NCBI RefSeq assembly: GCF_963921235.1
Contig: NC_086097.1
Coordinates: 240,872,001 to 240,936,000, forward strand
Length of the DNA: 64,000 bases
Direction: 5' to 3'
Source: Mobula hypostoma
Taxonomy: Eukaryota
Shown piece after piece: positions 63,997 through 64,000 of this stretch (within the stretch, counting starts at the first letter, position 1; each line of letters begins with the position of its first letter). Under the pieces are notes generated by a model. It had not been told where the DNA came from, searched no databases, and saw only the letters and a program-made list of their open reading frames with translations. Made by a program: the position numbers and the translations under genes.

Positions 63997-64000
63997 GTTT

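Overview
Repeat-dense vertebrate genomic DNA, most likely from a cartilaginous fish (shark or ray), inferred from HE1-type V-SINEs, HER1/CR1-type LINE tails and Deu-domain SINEs. I found no host protein-coding exon I can identify, so the window looks intronic or intergenic, and almost all ORFs in the supplied track are transposon debris or chance ORFs. Two young elements stand out. (1) At 1-3095, the 3' part of a Gmr1-like Gypsy LTR element with an open SCAN-like Gag/CCHC/protease ORF, catalytically dead integrase and RT remnants, a PPT and a 3' LTR. (2) At 13371-16218, a nearly intact Penelope-like (Neptune-type) retroelement (RT + GIY-YIG) with ~107-bp inverted termini that each carry a minimal type I hammerhead ribozyme motif. 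About a dozen more copies of this hammerhead-bearing tail are scattered through the window, several as short palindromic units with a ribozyme motif on each strand. The rest is nested CR1, Rex1/Babar, L1-like, RTE-tailed SINE, Tc1, mariner, pogo and hAT fragments, plus a few unique, TF-motif-rich stretches that may be enhancers. Boundaries of old repeats are approximate; family names come from recalled consensus motifs, not database searches.
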